From Dudresnaya verticillata (Eukaryota), in contig OZ374558.1 of assembly GCA_977862235.1 (NCBI GenBank), positions 124,001 to 188,000 on the forward strand: DNA of 64,000 nucleotides, in the 5' to 3' direction. Under the pieces are notes generated by a model. That model had not been told where the DNA came from. It made no database searches and saw only the letters and a program-made list of their open reading frames with translations. Positions 1 to 11,654 of this stretch are shown piece after piece. The position numbers and the translations under genes are program-made. Position 1 is the stretch's first letter. Each line of letters begins with the position of its first letter.

Positions 1-119
1 GCGGGGCGGAAGCGGCGCGGAGGCAGGAGGGCGGAGGGCGCACTGCGTAAATTAGGGCGGCGGCGCAGCGCAGCAGCGCAAGCAGCTGGCGGATACGGAA
101 TTGCGGAGAGGGGCGTTCA

Positions 120-318
120 GCCAATCACAAGCAACCAGAACCAACCACGACCAGCTGTGCACCAATCGTAGCCAGCCATTCTCGGGCACTCACCTTCCAC
201 CGCGTCACTCCGCCACCGCGATGGCCTTCCATTGGCCGCCAGCTGTCAACCGCAGCCAACCACGGTGGACCGCTGCCCGACCTCTGACCAACCACCAGTC
301 GACCACGGTTTCTCGGGA
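120..318. repeat. Cluster of short CCAAY(C/G) motifs (CCAATCAC, CCAACCACG), possibly subterminal repeats of an element starting before the window
   Basis: At least five copies seen (agccaatcaca, accaaccacg, accaatcgta, agccaaccacg, gaccaaccacc). Function is not assignable from the window. Confidence 0.3.
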
Positions 319-399
319 GAGGGCGCGGAGCAGAGGGCTTGCACTTGCAGACAAGAGCGAGAGACCTTTATTGAAGAACAAGGTAAGCGTTGAGCAAAG

Positions 400-1260
400 T
401 ATTCAGTAAACTCAGCGAGAGATAGGGTACCTTCTCAGAGCAGGACTACCCAGTGAAGAGCAGATGGGATCTATATCTCCCGCCGCAACCGCTATCTCTG
501 GGGTGACGATCCGCGCTTGCACAAAGTAAAGACATTCGCACGCTAACGCTCCGCGAACCCAATCGCTCGCACAGGAAGAACGGCAACACCTCGGCGCTGC
601 AATCGCGCGTCGCGCGCCCGAGGTCAGTTTACCGCCCGTGGCAATGCCGCTCGGACTCGGGCATCGTGCCCAGCGCCCAGGTTGTCTGGTCATGTTCCTA
701 CTCGGTGTGGCGACCTCCAGAGACCACCCAAGAAGGTAGTTGGTCTTGTTCTTCGTCCCCCGTAGTCCTCTTCTGACTGACGGTCCCTGGGACTCCCCCT
801 TGATCAAGAGCCTGTTGCATCGCCTTCCACGCTTGTGTACCGCATGGGACAGGGTGTCCCTTTCACTTTATAGCGCTGAGGAACGGCTTACAATATTCGT
901 CCACACTGTTGACGAGGAGATGAGGTGCTGGGCCTCACACTATGTAATATCATCACGTACCCTGACCATCTTTAGTGCTTGCTATGTCAATGGCCATGGA
1001 GTCAATTCCATGCTCAGAATCCTACAAACACGGCGATAGTGGGGCTTTTCGACGCGCTCAAGAGCGGTAATGAAACAAGTTGCCTGTAGAAGGTGATAGC
1101 AGGAACTTTTCAGCCAAGCAATATGGAAGCAAACTCGATCGCCGCCCCAGCTACGGTGGAGCTAGTGTTGGTACTGGCTGAGGAAGGGCGTAATTACTGC
1201 GTCGAGAAACAGCATAAGCACCCTGGGACGAAAGATTCCACTCGGCTCCACAACATATTG
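400..1260 (-). pseudogene. Highly degenerate non-LTR reverse transcriptase fragment
   Basis: Frameshifted minus-strand motifs resembling GV.QG.PLSP.LF (~1030-1060), followed ~30 codons later by GY.DDIT (~945-965). Boundaries approximate. Confidence 0.4.
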
Positions 1261-1396
1261 ATTGCACACGGCTCAAACTTGTTTGCAAACAAGAGTATTC
1301 ACTCTATTTATCAAAAAGCTAGTAGCTCAGAGACAAACAGAACACATCGTTACTTTCTAAAACTCACTAGCTTTATCCACTCAATCAAGCCTTTAC

Positions 1397-2506
1397 TCAG
1401 TATGACTGTGCCGGATCCTTCTCTTCTAGTTTTCTCTTCAGCTTCTTGCGGCGTCCGGAAACAATCAGTTCTGCGACTTCAACCACAGCTGTCTGGTCGT
1501 ATTCCATCCGTAGTCCTGCAAGCTTATACCCTAGCGATCTCTTCGCATCCTTCTCTACATCTCCCAGCACGAAAAAGACCTCGGCAGTTCTCTCTAGAGC
1601 CAGAACCTCGTTGCACAACGCCTTGGCTCTCGCGGCATCCTGCGCTACCTCCGATGCTCCCTCACCCAGAACACGAGCAAGTCTCAACTTTGCCTGGGTG
1701 CTCCCCAACGAGGTGGCACACTCCAGGAGGTTGACGGCGCGCTTCTCATCTTTCGAAAAAATGACTTGGGACAGGCGATATGGAGCATCAGGGATCCTTG
1801 TGCCCTCAACGGCACGCTCGAGAAGGGCATTCACCTCGGCTGTATCGCCATTTTGAGAATCAGACTGGTCCTGGATTCCACAAGCCAAATAGTAGCAAGC
1901 TTCTATAATTCCTTTCTCATATGCCGCCTTTCTGAGGAACGTCATGGTTCCCTTCTGCCTCAACACATTCGTTGGCCCTGGACGGAGCATATTTCTGGTC
2001 TTGCGCATTGCTGCACCGCCCACGTCCTCACCGAGCTCAAAGAATTCCATGTAATAAACCAAGGCCAGCAAGCCCTTTCTGCCTTCTCCACGGAAACCTG
2101 CCTCGAGGAGGTCAGCCAGCGTAATCATGGCTTTCGTATCCCCCAACTCCTCTACGAGTCTTCGATACGTTTTTAAAGCCGATTGATACGCACCTCGAGA
2201 GCCTTGCAGTGAATTCTCACCGCGAGTCGGGTCCCACAACTTCTGTGCGACGACCTTGAGCATCTCTGCTTCTCCACCTCTATTATGCGCCTCCTCGAGA
2301 AATTCCCTCGTCTGTTGCATGGATGCCGCGTCCAGGATGTCGTCCTCGTCTGTTTCAGTGAGAATCTTTCCGAGTAGCGTCACGGTTTCTACGTATTTCA
2401 CCCGATACCACCTTTCCCCGTCTCCCCGGTCCGGCAGGGCTGCTCCGAAAAGATCAAGAGCTGCCTTGAAGTGTTTTAAATACTCCGATTCAGGATCACC
2501 GGACAT
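1397..2506 (-). CDS. Sel1-like (SLR/TPR-type) helical repeat protein, 369 aa, uninterrupted ORF
   Basis: Open ATG-to-stop ORF with repeated Sel1-like units: AMITLADLLEAG, ACYYLA, APYRLSQVIF...DEKRAVNLLECATSLG, AKLRLARVLGEGASEVAQDAARAKAL. Confidence 0.8.
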   Translation of the reverse strand: MSGDPESEYLKHFKAALDLFGAALPDRGDGERWYRVKYVETVTLLGKILTETDEDDILDAASMQQTREFLEEAHNRGGEAEMLKVVAQKLWDPTRGENSLQGSRGAYQSALKTYRRLVEELGDTKAMITLADLLEAGFRGEGRKGLLALVYYMEFFELGEDVGGAAMRKTRNMLRPGPTNVLRQKGTMTFLRKAAYEKGIIEACYYLACGIQDQSDSQNGDTAEVNALLERAVEGTRIPDAPYRLSQVIFSKDEKRAVNLLECATSLGSTQAKLRLARVLGEGASEVAQDAARAKALCNEVLALERTAEVFFVLGDVEKDAKRSLGYKLAGLRMEYDQTAVVEVAELIVSGRRKKLKRKLEEKDPAQSY

Positions 2507-2711
2507 TTTACGTTGTCCGAGGGTGCACGGTGAAAAAAATCAGTTGCACGAAAGGGAACCTGCAGGAGGTGTCCTCAATGTTCAAGGTCCGCAACGCAAA
2601 TTGAATGAACACACGCAGGAACTAGTGGGAAGTGGGCGGGTTCACCTTAGTCTTGCAGCTTCCGTTGCTGTTTGACTGCGACTCGCCGGCGGTCGACGAG
2701 AGAAAGGCGAG

Positions 2712-2767
2712 GGTATTGAGCGGAGGGTGTTGAGCAGACGGTGTTGAGCAGACGGTGTTGAGCGGAG
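2712..2767. repeat. 14-bp tandem repeat x4 (GGTRTTGAGCRGAS) upstream of the Sel1 gene
   Basis: Units start at 2712, 2726, 2740 and 2754, with a partial copy near 2776. Confidence 0.9.
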
Positions 2768-3249
2768 GGAAAAAATGTTTGAGCGGACCGGTGCCTACGA
2801 TGGCCTTTTATGTTGCGACAAACGTTTAAAAAGTGGTAAGCGGGAACGGGAACGCGTCGGGGAACGTTCGACTGGCGCTCCGACAGTTGTGTTGTGGTGG
2901 TCGGAGAATTGGCGGGAAGGTGAGAAAACCAAAAGTTCTTTACCCAAAAATGATTCGCCGGTTTGAATGAAGTCGCCCGCAGTGCTCCGTCAAGGCCGCG
3001 TTGAGGTCTTGGCCGTCCTCCACCAGGCTCGAGCTTGCCGCCTCCATCATTGCCCTTAACCTACGGTAAGAGAATTGTCGTTATCGTATCAGGAAATAGT
3101 CCCCTCAACCTCGCTCACGAAGGGCCTTCAGGCAACCATTTGAGAGTTGCGGGACCCGAGTTGTGTTGTTACTGCAGAGTTGCCTTGCTTTTTCATGATA
3201 GCAACCAGCGCATCCGACTAACCATCTTCTTTCACCATGTATTCCGCAT

Positions 3250-3875
3250 CCATGGTGTCCGATTGCTACTCGAGCGCCACTTCTCATGTGAGGAAAAGCA
3301 TGGTAATCCCTCTGTTGCATCGAATCCTGCTCGTTCTGATTCGGAGAGGTGGCGTGATGAGATAATGCACGACACCTCCGCGGCACCGACGCCCAACAAC
3401 CCGAGCTTCGTCGACACCAGAGCATCGTATAGACTTTTTCGTGTATAACGGTGGACTATTTATTGGGTTCGCATCCACTCCTCAAGCGTTTGACGGCTCG
3501 GACATTACCCCTCAACCGTGCTCTTCTCATGCTTCGTCTCGAATCCATCTGCGATTCAATCTCGGAATGTGGGCAAACGGCCCTCCATCATCGCCTTATT
3601 CGCGAAACCAACCCTTGCGAACTATATTCGATAGTTTTGAACATATATGGAAACATCGGCCACGGTTTCGATGGCGGGGCGCAACGTATCTCGAATTTTT
3701 TCGCTGAGAAGTGTGCTCACCAGAACTGCCCCATCTAGTGAGATCCCGTTTCTCACAATTCTTACCTCATTAGTGTTATGGTGCGTGGTAGTCTCAGTCA
3801 ACACGTGTAAACTTGTTGATTCCCGTTTTAGGTACAGTGCATATTAAGACCTTTTCAGCGGCTTACTCTCAACTC
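3250..3875 (+). mobile_element. 3' (RLE endonuclease) fragment of a CRE-like non-LTR retrotransposon; inverted diverged copy of 4036-4640
   Basis: QAFDGSDIT...SSHASSR...LNIYGNIGHGFDGG matches QAFDVSVV...SSHSSSR...MEIYGAMDHGLDRG on the minus strand. DNA match visible, e.g. acagtgcatattaag and gcttactctcaact. Confidence 0.7.
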
Positions 3876-4035
3876 TTCTGTTAAAGGAGTGCTTGTTGAT
3901 GATGTTTTGCCGACGGGCGACCGTGGCAGCAAACCTCTCTCTGAATCCTTTCAGTAATTTGTCGAATGAGAAACATTGCTTGCTGATGAACAGGTCTCAC
4001 GTGATATTTACAGAAGCATCCCTTTATTCTCAAAG

Positions 4036-6640
4036 TTGAGAGTAAGCCCCTTAAGGGGACTTAATAGGGACTTAATATGCACTGTTTCTAACACAGAAGC
4101 CAACAAGTTTTCGCCGGTTAACTGAGACCGCGACGCACTGTAACACTAACGAGGTAAGACGCGTGAGAAGGGAAACCCTCTCACTAGACGTAGAAGTACC
4201 CTTGTTCTCAGCCAGGAAATTTGCGATACCTTATGTACCGCGATCTAACCCGTGGTCCATGGCGCCATAGATTTCCATAACCATCGGATGTAGTTTGAAA
4301 TGATTGACTTCACACAGCCGGCAATAATGGCGGACCTTATCGTCCTCTAGAGATTGAATCGCACGATGGGCACGAGATGAAGAATGAGAAGAGAATGAAT
4401 AAGTGGCGACGACCGAAACGTCAAATGCTTGGAGAGTGGGGGCGAAGCTACTTTCATTTACGAAAATGTGCATACAAAGCTGATCACGGCGAAGCTCAAG
4501 TGAGTCGTTGGCGCTCCGAAGGTTTCGTTCATCGCGGCGCCTATCTGAAGCCGAAACAGCAGGATACCATGCAAGAGATGATGGATCACCATGTTCTTCC
4601 TCATGGGAGAAATGGCATTCAAGTTCGACTCTAACAACATGATTGTGTTAGAGACAGGGATACTTGGCCGCATCAGATCCAATCACAAGGAGGAACAGAT
4701 TAAGGGACCCCACCAAAATGAGTCTGGAGGCATGCAGTTGAGTCAGAGGACATCACGGCCATGACAGAACTCATCCATCAGAGGACATTTGGAGCGAGAG
4801 TGCCAGGTAATAGCCTAGTACTTAATACCGGGAGAGTCATGGAGAGCAAGGGGGCTGGAGCCAAGTAAAGGTCAGGACTAGTATAAGTACTGTAGACGGG
4901 GAGGTAGAATCGAAAGAAAAAAGGGTATCGAGGCTCAGGAGTTGAAAGTTGCTATGTGCGGATTCAGTGGGCTCGGTCAGGAACATATCTACGACGTAAC
5001 TTGATGCTGTGTTTACTGAAGGACAGAAGGTTGACACCGGTAGCTTACAATTGCGGGCAAGATTACGAAAGAAGATGTCTAGATGGTAACGAAGCCTGTC
5101 ATGGCGACGTATTGGACCGGAATTAGCGCGGCAGACCGTAGCATGGGTTTATCTAACACGGGATACTGGGAAGATGTTTCAGTATAACAGTACATGAAGT
5201 GAGTTTCAACGTTAAAGATGGCAAGTCCCAGGTGAAGTTTGATCATTGTGACCCAAGCTTCCGGCTCGACACGAGTACCTGAGTTCGCATAGGGGTGGTC
5301 CCGAAGGGGCGAGTAGAGTTGACCGTACTCGTTGCGAATTCTTGCACGAATCTCTTTCTCTCTCTCGGTATTGGAAACAGTATTGGATATGATTCGATAT
5401 ATCATATAGGATGTTAATTCATCTCGCAGGCGCGGAAGAAGCTGTAGAGGCTCTCCACGTATTCTTGACAGAATTGTTTCAAACAAACAAGAGCGAGAGT
5501 CGGCAGGCGAAACTTGATAGTTCTGAACATGGAGAAGGGCAGGCTCTATTGTGCGATGCAGAGTAAGTCCTGAAAAGGAAATGATTACTTTATTGGCTTC
5601 AGTAATCAGAAACCCAATGCCTGTTGAAGGGCAAAGCGCCCTATAAAAGGACGTTGGTGGTACTATGTAGCTAAATCGAAGGAAAGGACTTGAAGTAGGC
5701 TTAGACGATGGAGGGAGGGGGGAGAACGAAGGAAAGAACTTGCCGGGGCTAGAGGAGCGGCACGTAGGCAGTCTTAAGTACTCTACTCTGAGTGTCTTCG
5801 GAGGGAAAAGGGGACAGGAAGCGGTGGCCTATTTCGTGTCACCATCACAAGCTATCCCCGCAAAATTTCAGTAGCTTCATTGAGAGTCAAACATCGTCCC
5901 TTTCCAGCACGGTCGGCAGGCTCCCTATCCCTGGGAATTCTTTTCACTTGTGTAAATGTCTTGAACACATACTGTAAAAGAAATCAGGCCACGGATGCGG
6001 GGTAAGGATGCAAGAATGCAGCTTATTTAGAAGAGTTTCGGAAATGACGTCAGCAAGGTAGAGCTTCTGATTGGGGAGCTTAGTCTGTTGAGCATAACTT
6101 CGAGAGGCCTTCCCCAAGAGACCCACATAAAAGAGCAGTTATAGCCCTTGAACTACCTGTAACACGCCCTCAGTTCGCTCCGTACACATAAAATTCTAGT
6201 AAGCGGTCAGAGCCACCAGCTTTCCGAAATTCTTCCCTGCATCTCGGAAAAGAATCTGTGGAATTTAATGAGAGAGAGATGGACCTTTACTCAGTGAAGC
6301 AAGGGCTAGCCCCGTAATGGCTAAAAGGAAATAAGATCAGTAGTACAATTTCGAAGTTGCTGGCACTTAGCGCTGACGGCATAGACTGAATAAAACGTTT
6401 GTAAGCCAGCTGAGGAGAGAAAAGTCTTCAGCGACGAGGGAGGTTCTGCTCTTGGTAGCGAGGAAGTCGCCAATCTTCCGATGCCAAACTGGAACCCTGT
6501 ACCGATTTGTGGATTTGCACTTGGAGCGCTGTAGCCGCCTACGGTAAGCGAATTTGAAAAGGAAATTACCCGAATTTGAAAAGGAAATTGGTCCAATCGG
6601 GATGGTGGTCTACTGCAGCGGAAGTTAGCGTGACGTATTC
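4036..6640 (-). mobile_element. Degenerate CRE/RLE-type non-LTR retrotransposon (RT, Zn-knuckle, restriction-like endonuclease)
   Basis: Motifs in order on the minus strand: FQFGIG (~6480), EGVLQ..LLF (~6160), LYLADV (YLDD-like, ~6050), KLHLGL upstream of a decayed CCHC (~5230), and AFDVSVV...EDDKVRHY...HPMVMEIYG (4231-4473). Many frameshifts. Confidence 0.7.
5571..5790 (-). repeat. Diverged, partial, inverted relative of the ~415-bp repeat (6644/11784), inserted in the non-LTR element
   Basis: tgaaaaggaaatgattactttattg and cgaaggaaaggacttgaagt...gagaacgaaggaaagaactt match the reverse complement of the repeat. Confidence 0.65.
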
Positions 6641-6643
6641 AGT

Positions 6644-7056
6644 TTGTGTCTCAATGCGTCTACACTGGTGCAAAGACCTTACTGGGGACAGCGAGCCCTG
6701 CCGAGCGTCCTGAAGCAGCAACAACCCCATACACCATCTACCCGAAAGGGGTTTCTACGGGTCTGTGCAACTTTTAGCACTATATTTGGCACTTCACTGT
6801 TTGGGGCTGAACCATATGGTGTTACCAAATGTATAGGTTCTGGAGGGGATATAAGCACTACAGTCTAGCTTAGACAACCCCTCCGTCTCCCCTAAGTTCT
6901 TTCCTTCGTTCTCTCGCCCACCCACCCTTCATCTTTCTCGACTTCAAGTCCTTCCTTCGTTTCCATAATTTCTGTTGAGCATTCTTGCTGTTTGTTGTTA
7001 GTCATTGCATTCGACTACTCTTCTTCTGCAACAATAAGAGTAGTTATTTCATTTTC
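6644..7056 (+). repeat. ~415-bp repeat, copy 1; candidate terminal repeat of the adjacent DIRS-like element
   Basis: Near-identical to 11784-12199. Contains a TATA-like GATATAAG, a CT-rich tract and an AATAA signal near its end. No TSD. Confidence 0.85.
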
Positions 7057-8301
7057 ATTGCACGTTCAGCCGGGATGAGATTGCAAATCAGTTATGGAAA
7101 CAGCCACCGAGCGGGAGGATATGTGGTCTGACGTAATGTGCACTTGGAATGCAGCACCGTACAGAACACGTGGTCCTGTGTGGGGCATGGTATAGGGCAA
7201 ATGACACTAGTAAGCCTGTCTTAGTGTCACATAGACGCAGTTTAATGCTATGTGTCCACCGCGGCCTTCTCCGTAGAGTGGTGCACGGGTGTGCTTTCGG
7301 GTAGTCGCGGTACGCCGGCTGCACCACATGGAGTCAAAGATCGCGGGCTCAGATCGGGCAGCACGGCCTTTCTCCGCAAGCTGTGCTCATCTAACACCAC
7401 TTACGCTTGCCGGCAGCTTGAGGCCTGGGGCCCTCACTCGGACGCAGACCTTCCTCACGTTTTCCTTTCTCTTGGTTTGGAACTCGTTTCACCTTCCTGT
7501 GCACTGGGAAGTCCACTGCGAACTCAGCTTCCGATTTATTTTCTGGATGCAGCACGCTTGGATCTTCCAGCAAGTGCACCGCCCCTTCATTCCAGCGTGT
7601 GGCTTCCCAGAATGCCTCAAAATGTCCGTGAGCTCTTCGATTCCGTCGACCTCCCACCGATCGTCTCATCAATTATGGATCATCTCCGAAATTATACCTA
7701 AGTCCCTCCCGCTCGCGTACATTCACACGCCGGTCATTACGGTCGTAGTCTTTCACGCCTACATGCCGCAGGCATGCTGGAATGGTCGAGCCTGAAGAAA
7801 GAGTCTACAGCCTACTTGGAGTTGGCTAACAAACTCACCATGACTTCTTTTTCTGTGGTAAAAGACTCAGCGAAGGACAGAATGATTAGCTGGCCGAGCC
7901 TCCAAAACGACGCTATGCCCGATCCGCCGCATACTGAACTTCCGCATCCTGGGGATTTCTCTCGAATCCGTAACGAAACTTACCGGCCTCTATCGGTATT
8001 CTTTCTCTATATCGCCAACATGTTTCAGAACATCCGATTGACGGCTGGGATGGCCACACTCTTCCCACTCCGCACTATTCCATTTGGAGACCTTCCGGGG
8101 TCCCTTCAACTGTCTCTCTCCAGTGCTTTGGGCTATCGCCCGAGACAGCAGGATTTGATCCGACCCCTTAAAGCAACGCTTCCCATGGGATTTAAATGGG
8201 CAGTACTAATCGCACATACATTCGTCCAAAGCTGTTATATGGAGGCTTTTCATTGCTTCGTTTCATCGTCGTGGTACTTTTTGTGATACCGGAAAGGTTC
8301 C

Positions 8302-9403
8302 TGTGGTGCAAATTGTCCCACGCCACTGGCGCTCTGTATCGTCCTAGACGGATAGCTCCCGTCTTTGACGTTTCTACCGCCTTTGGCGACTGGGATCGAG
8401 CTCGAGGCGCGAACCCGCTCGTGATCCTGTTTCCGCCGATTGCGCTAGTCATTCGACTTTGTCGGGCAACTTGGTCAAGAACCAGACTTCCCGCTCACAG
8501 CGGATAGTGACGGCAATGTCGGGTTGAGAGAACGCGTGAGGTGTAGTTACTGGGTCACGCTGCCGCGCCCCGTGGCATGCTTGCACACGTGGCACATGTC
8601 ACAGGGCAGCGGAGGACAATGGGACCAAGAGTCTGTAAGCGCGGTGCGTGAACACGTGTAGGTGTAAGCATTAGCGCGGCGCGCGCGGTGGCGTGGGCAA
8701 ATGTGTCAGGCGCACGGCTGCATTCCGAGGGCGCTTGTCAGACGCACGACGGAACGACACGTGTCCTGAGTTCCCGCGCGCCGCAGCGCCACCGCCGTCG
8801 CCCACGCAGCAGTATTAATACTTAGGTAACCCGTCTAGGACGTCACAGTAAACCCCGGCAAGCCGGCCTGCCTTCACACTTCGCCCCTTCGCTCGTTAGC
8901 GTCACTGCCGCTAACGACGTTGGCTACGCGTTGCGACGATCGCGCTTCCGCGTCAATGTCCGTCTTTGACGTGTATCCCCTTTTGTTTTCCCCCGAGAAG
9001 CTCGGTAGTTCTTCACCCCCAGCGCTCAAGAGCGGACATCACCGCTATTAGCGTGGGCTACGTGCCGGACTACCACGCACTCATCCACTCCGTCGTGGAC
9101 GTTTGTTTCCCCTTTATGGCCTTGGTAGCCGAATGCCCCTTCCCGCTAGTGTGTGCGTCGCCACCGCTTCCGTTAGGCAAAGCGGCGGTACCCCCGTCCC
9201 TCCACGTTCAACACCGTCTTTGACGTGTTTCCATTTCCGTCTTGTTTCGTTTCTTTGGTTTCGACCTACCTACCGCCCAGGGCGTTTACAGTCCGCCTTG
9301 TGGCGTTGTCCATGCTCTACCACCCCTACCGTCTCTGACGTGCTACCCGCCGGGTCTCGAACTGCCCGGGCGTGCTTTTCCGTCCTAGACGTTTTGCACC
9401 ACA
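8302..9403 (+). mobile_element. Solo LTR, 1102 bp (family A)
   Basis: Termini TGTGGTGCAAA...TTTGCACCACA with a perfect 5-bp TSD GTTCC (8297-8301, 9404-9408). Splits the DIRS RT between LPMG and IDD. Second copy at 53003-54101. Confidence 0.92.
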
Positions 9404-10789
9404 GTTCCCGTTTTGCTGCTTCTACATCAGGGTCACGAGATATTACACCTCGAAGAGCTCACAGTGCTGACCCTGCACATCATCGACGACGTGAACATGG
9501 TGTTCGTGAATTGGCCTGATAGAGAAGTATCAGCACTGCAAGCTGCCATCGAGTGCACGCTGGAGCGTCATTTCCTCCCTGTCAAGCGAACAAAGTCCTC
9601 CCCTCCCGGAGTCGTTGAGCGCAACTTGATGCCATTTATTGGTTGGCTGTGTAACCTGAGAAGTGGAGTGCTTCGTCCCAATCCGATCAAAGTGCATACT
9701 GCATCACAAGAGGTATCGAACCTACTCCTCTATCCTATCAGCCAAGAAAACGTGCGGACGACCCTTGGACGACTTGTGTGGATCTCACTCGGGCGTCGCC
9801 CACTCCTTTCTATACTCTTCCGCACCTTTCATTTTCTGCAGACGGACGCCCTTCCCCAAGTCCCTCCCGCAATGCAGCGGGCAACACGAAGAGAGTTGCA
9901 CCTTATTGCCACTCTCGCACCCCTATCCGAAGCCCGTCTCCATAGACCCACGTGGTCAACCGTCGTAGCCTTTGGCGCCAGCCAGGGCGCAGGGGCTGTC
10001 GTCTACGCGCATGTCGAATCAAGATGGATTAGCTCCCTAAGTCGGTTCACCACCTCAGTCCCTCTTCAACCCCAACCGCAGCACTCTACCAATGGACGCC
10101 CTTACGATTGTCCATCTTCCCTAAAGTTGGCGCATTTTGTGCACTCTCACGTCTGGAAGACCGCTTTTGTTCATTACTGGCGACGGACTGAGCACATCAA
10201 CGCATTGGAAGCACATACTGGTATTCTCGCCTTCGAGTAGGCTGCATCGTTTCCCGTCGCAGGCTCGCGTCGGCTCTTTTTGTAGGACTCCCTCGTTGCT
10301 ATATCGGCTTTCCGCAAAGGCCGTTCTTCGTCTCCCTCTTTATGCTTTCCATGTCGTCGTTATGCTGCTCTGTGCCTCGCACATGACCTCGAGGTTTACT
10401 TCATTCATGTTCCCCCTTCAATTAACCCCGCTGACGGACCTTCTCGAGGAAAGGTGCGTAACCATAGAGTCTCATAAACGGTTGAATTGCCAATTCATGC
10501 TGCACGACCCCACCGCCAGTGCGGGAACCACAGCATTACTTAAAACCATGAGGCTGGGAGTACAATTCAAAGGCCCCGAATTGGTGCCATTCGCGGAATG
10601 ATACCTAATGGGGTGTGCGTTGTAAGACCCTGGGCATGTTCGCTACCCCTGGTACTTCTTTTCATAAAGCTATTAGGGCACCATCTGAAAATCTAAACCC
10701 GTAACAGGGTAGTTTGTGAACCCTGTGGAGCATACTGAGGGGACGGAAGCGGAGAACGCGAAGGATCTCGAAGGGACAAGAAATAGAGT

Positions 10790-11010
10790 CTCATGTCCGT
10801 AGAAGGCGAACACGAGAGTCAAAGTACACATTAATGACCATGTCGCTGCTTCGCTGGCCGCCACGAGGCGTTATATCTGGCCTAGGAATATTGAGGAGGA
10901 CTTGTGCAGTTACAATTCCGCTGCGGAGGCTGTGCGATATGCAACTCGCGAAGGGTGGTAGGATGACTTGAAGATCCGCCAGGCAGGCAGAGCAAGAATC
11001 GCACACAACT
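10790..11010 (-). pseudogene. Tyrosine recombinase C-terminal fragment
   Basis: SHSLRSGIVTAQ...RGG....MVINVYFD carries the HxLR box and the terminal Tyr. Truncated by LTR sequence at 11014. Confidence 0.75.
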
Positions 11011-11013
11011 TGT

Positions 11014-11200
11014 TGTAGTGCAAGGCGTGGATCTCCCTGTTTTCGCTCCGAGCAGGTTAATGACTACTCGTCGACCGACTGGAAACCGCCATCGCTGCGC
11101 TCACCCGCCTGCCAGGCGAACACGCCACCGACGTATGCCGTTGGACACCCTGGGCCAGAACGGCCCATTGGTGTGGCAATACGGCACTGTAAGCGGTCGG
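11014..11200 (+). mobile_element. 5' fragment of an LTR related to 13111-14000 and 27571-28493
   Basis: Starts TGTAGTGCA and aligns by eye with the reverse complement of 13830-14000. Confidence 0.6.
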
Positions 11201-11654
11201 GAAAATACGCACAGTGCTTACAGAGAGACGGAAATAGCGTGGCATGAAAATGGATAACTGTTTTGTTGGTTGTGTGTTTGTCTGTGTCTCTGTCTGTCCA
11301 TCTAGCGGTCGCGGCGCGCCCGACCGGCTCATATTGGACTTTTCTGCATACCATAGCTATCCTATTCTTAACAACTCCTATTATCAGCTGTATTGACAGT
11401 GAAAATAAGCTATATTGACAGTGACAAACGCCCATTCTAAAACAATAGGTACACCACTACGATTAAAGTGGCTGCATTCTAATACTAAACGCCAAAGTAA
11501 TAATCGGAGAGCAGGTCTATAAACCTGCTCTTAGAATAGCAATATTACAGTTTCGCGACAGTCCCACTACCGTTGCTGGTTATTACTTTTCCACATTTGG
11601 TTATGATTTCTTGTTCCAGTCTCTTATAACCCATTGGTCAATCGGATGATCACA

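Larger units (their letters stand above)
7060..11010 (+). mobile_element. Decayed DIRS/PAT-type YR retrotransposon: RT-RNaseH on +, YR C-terminus on -
   Basis: RT motifs SFSVVKD...DRMI and LPMGFKWAV (7774-8286), HIIDDVNM (9413-10240). RNaseH motifs HINALE, KGRSSS, INPADGPSR (~10190-10450). Split by the solo LTR at 8302-9403. Confidence 0.8.

Noticed and set aside
8301..9404. TIR DNA transposon with a 3-bp TTC TSD
   Set aside because: TG...CA ends with a 5-bp GTTCC TSD explain it equally well, and relatives show 5-bp TSDs and an adjacent PPT, so a solo LTR fits better.
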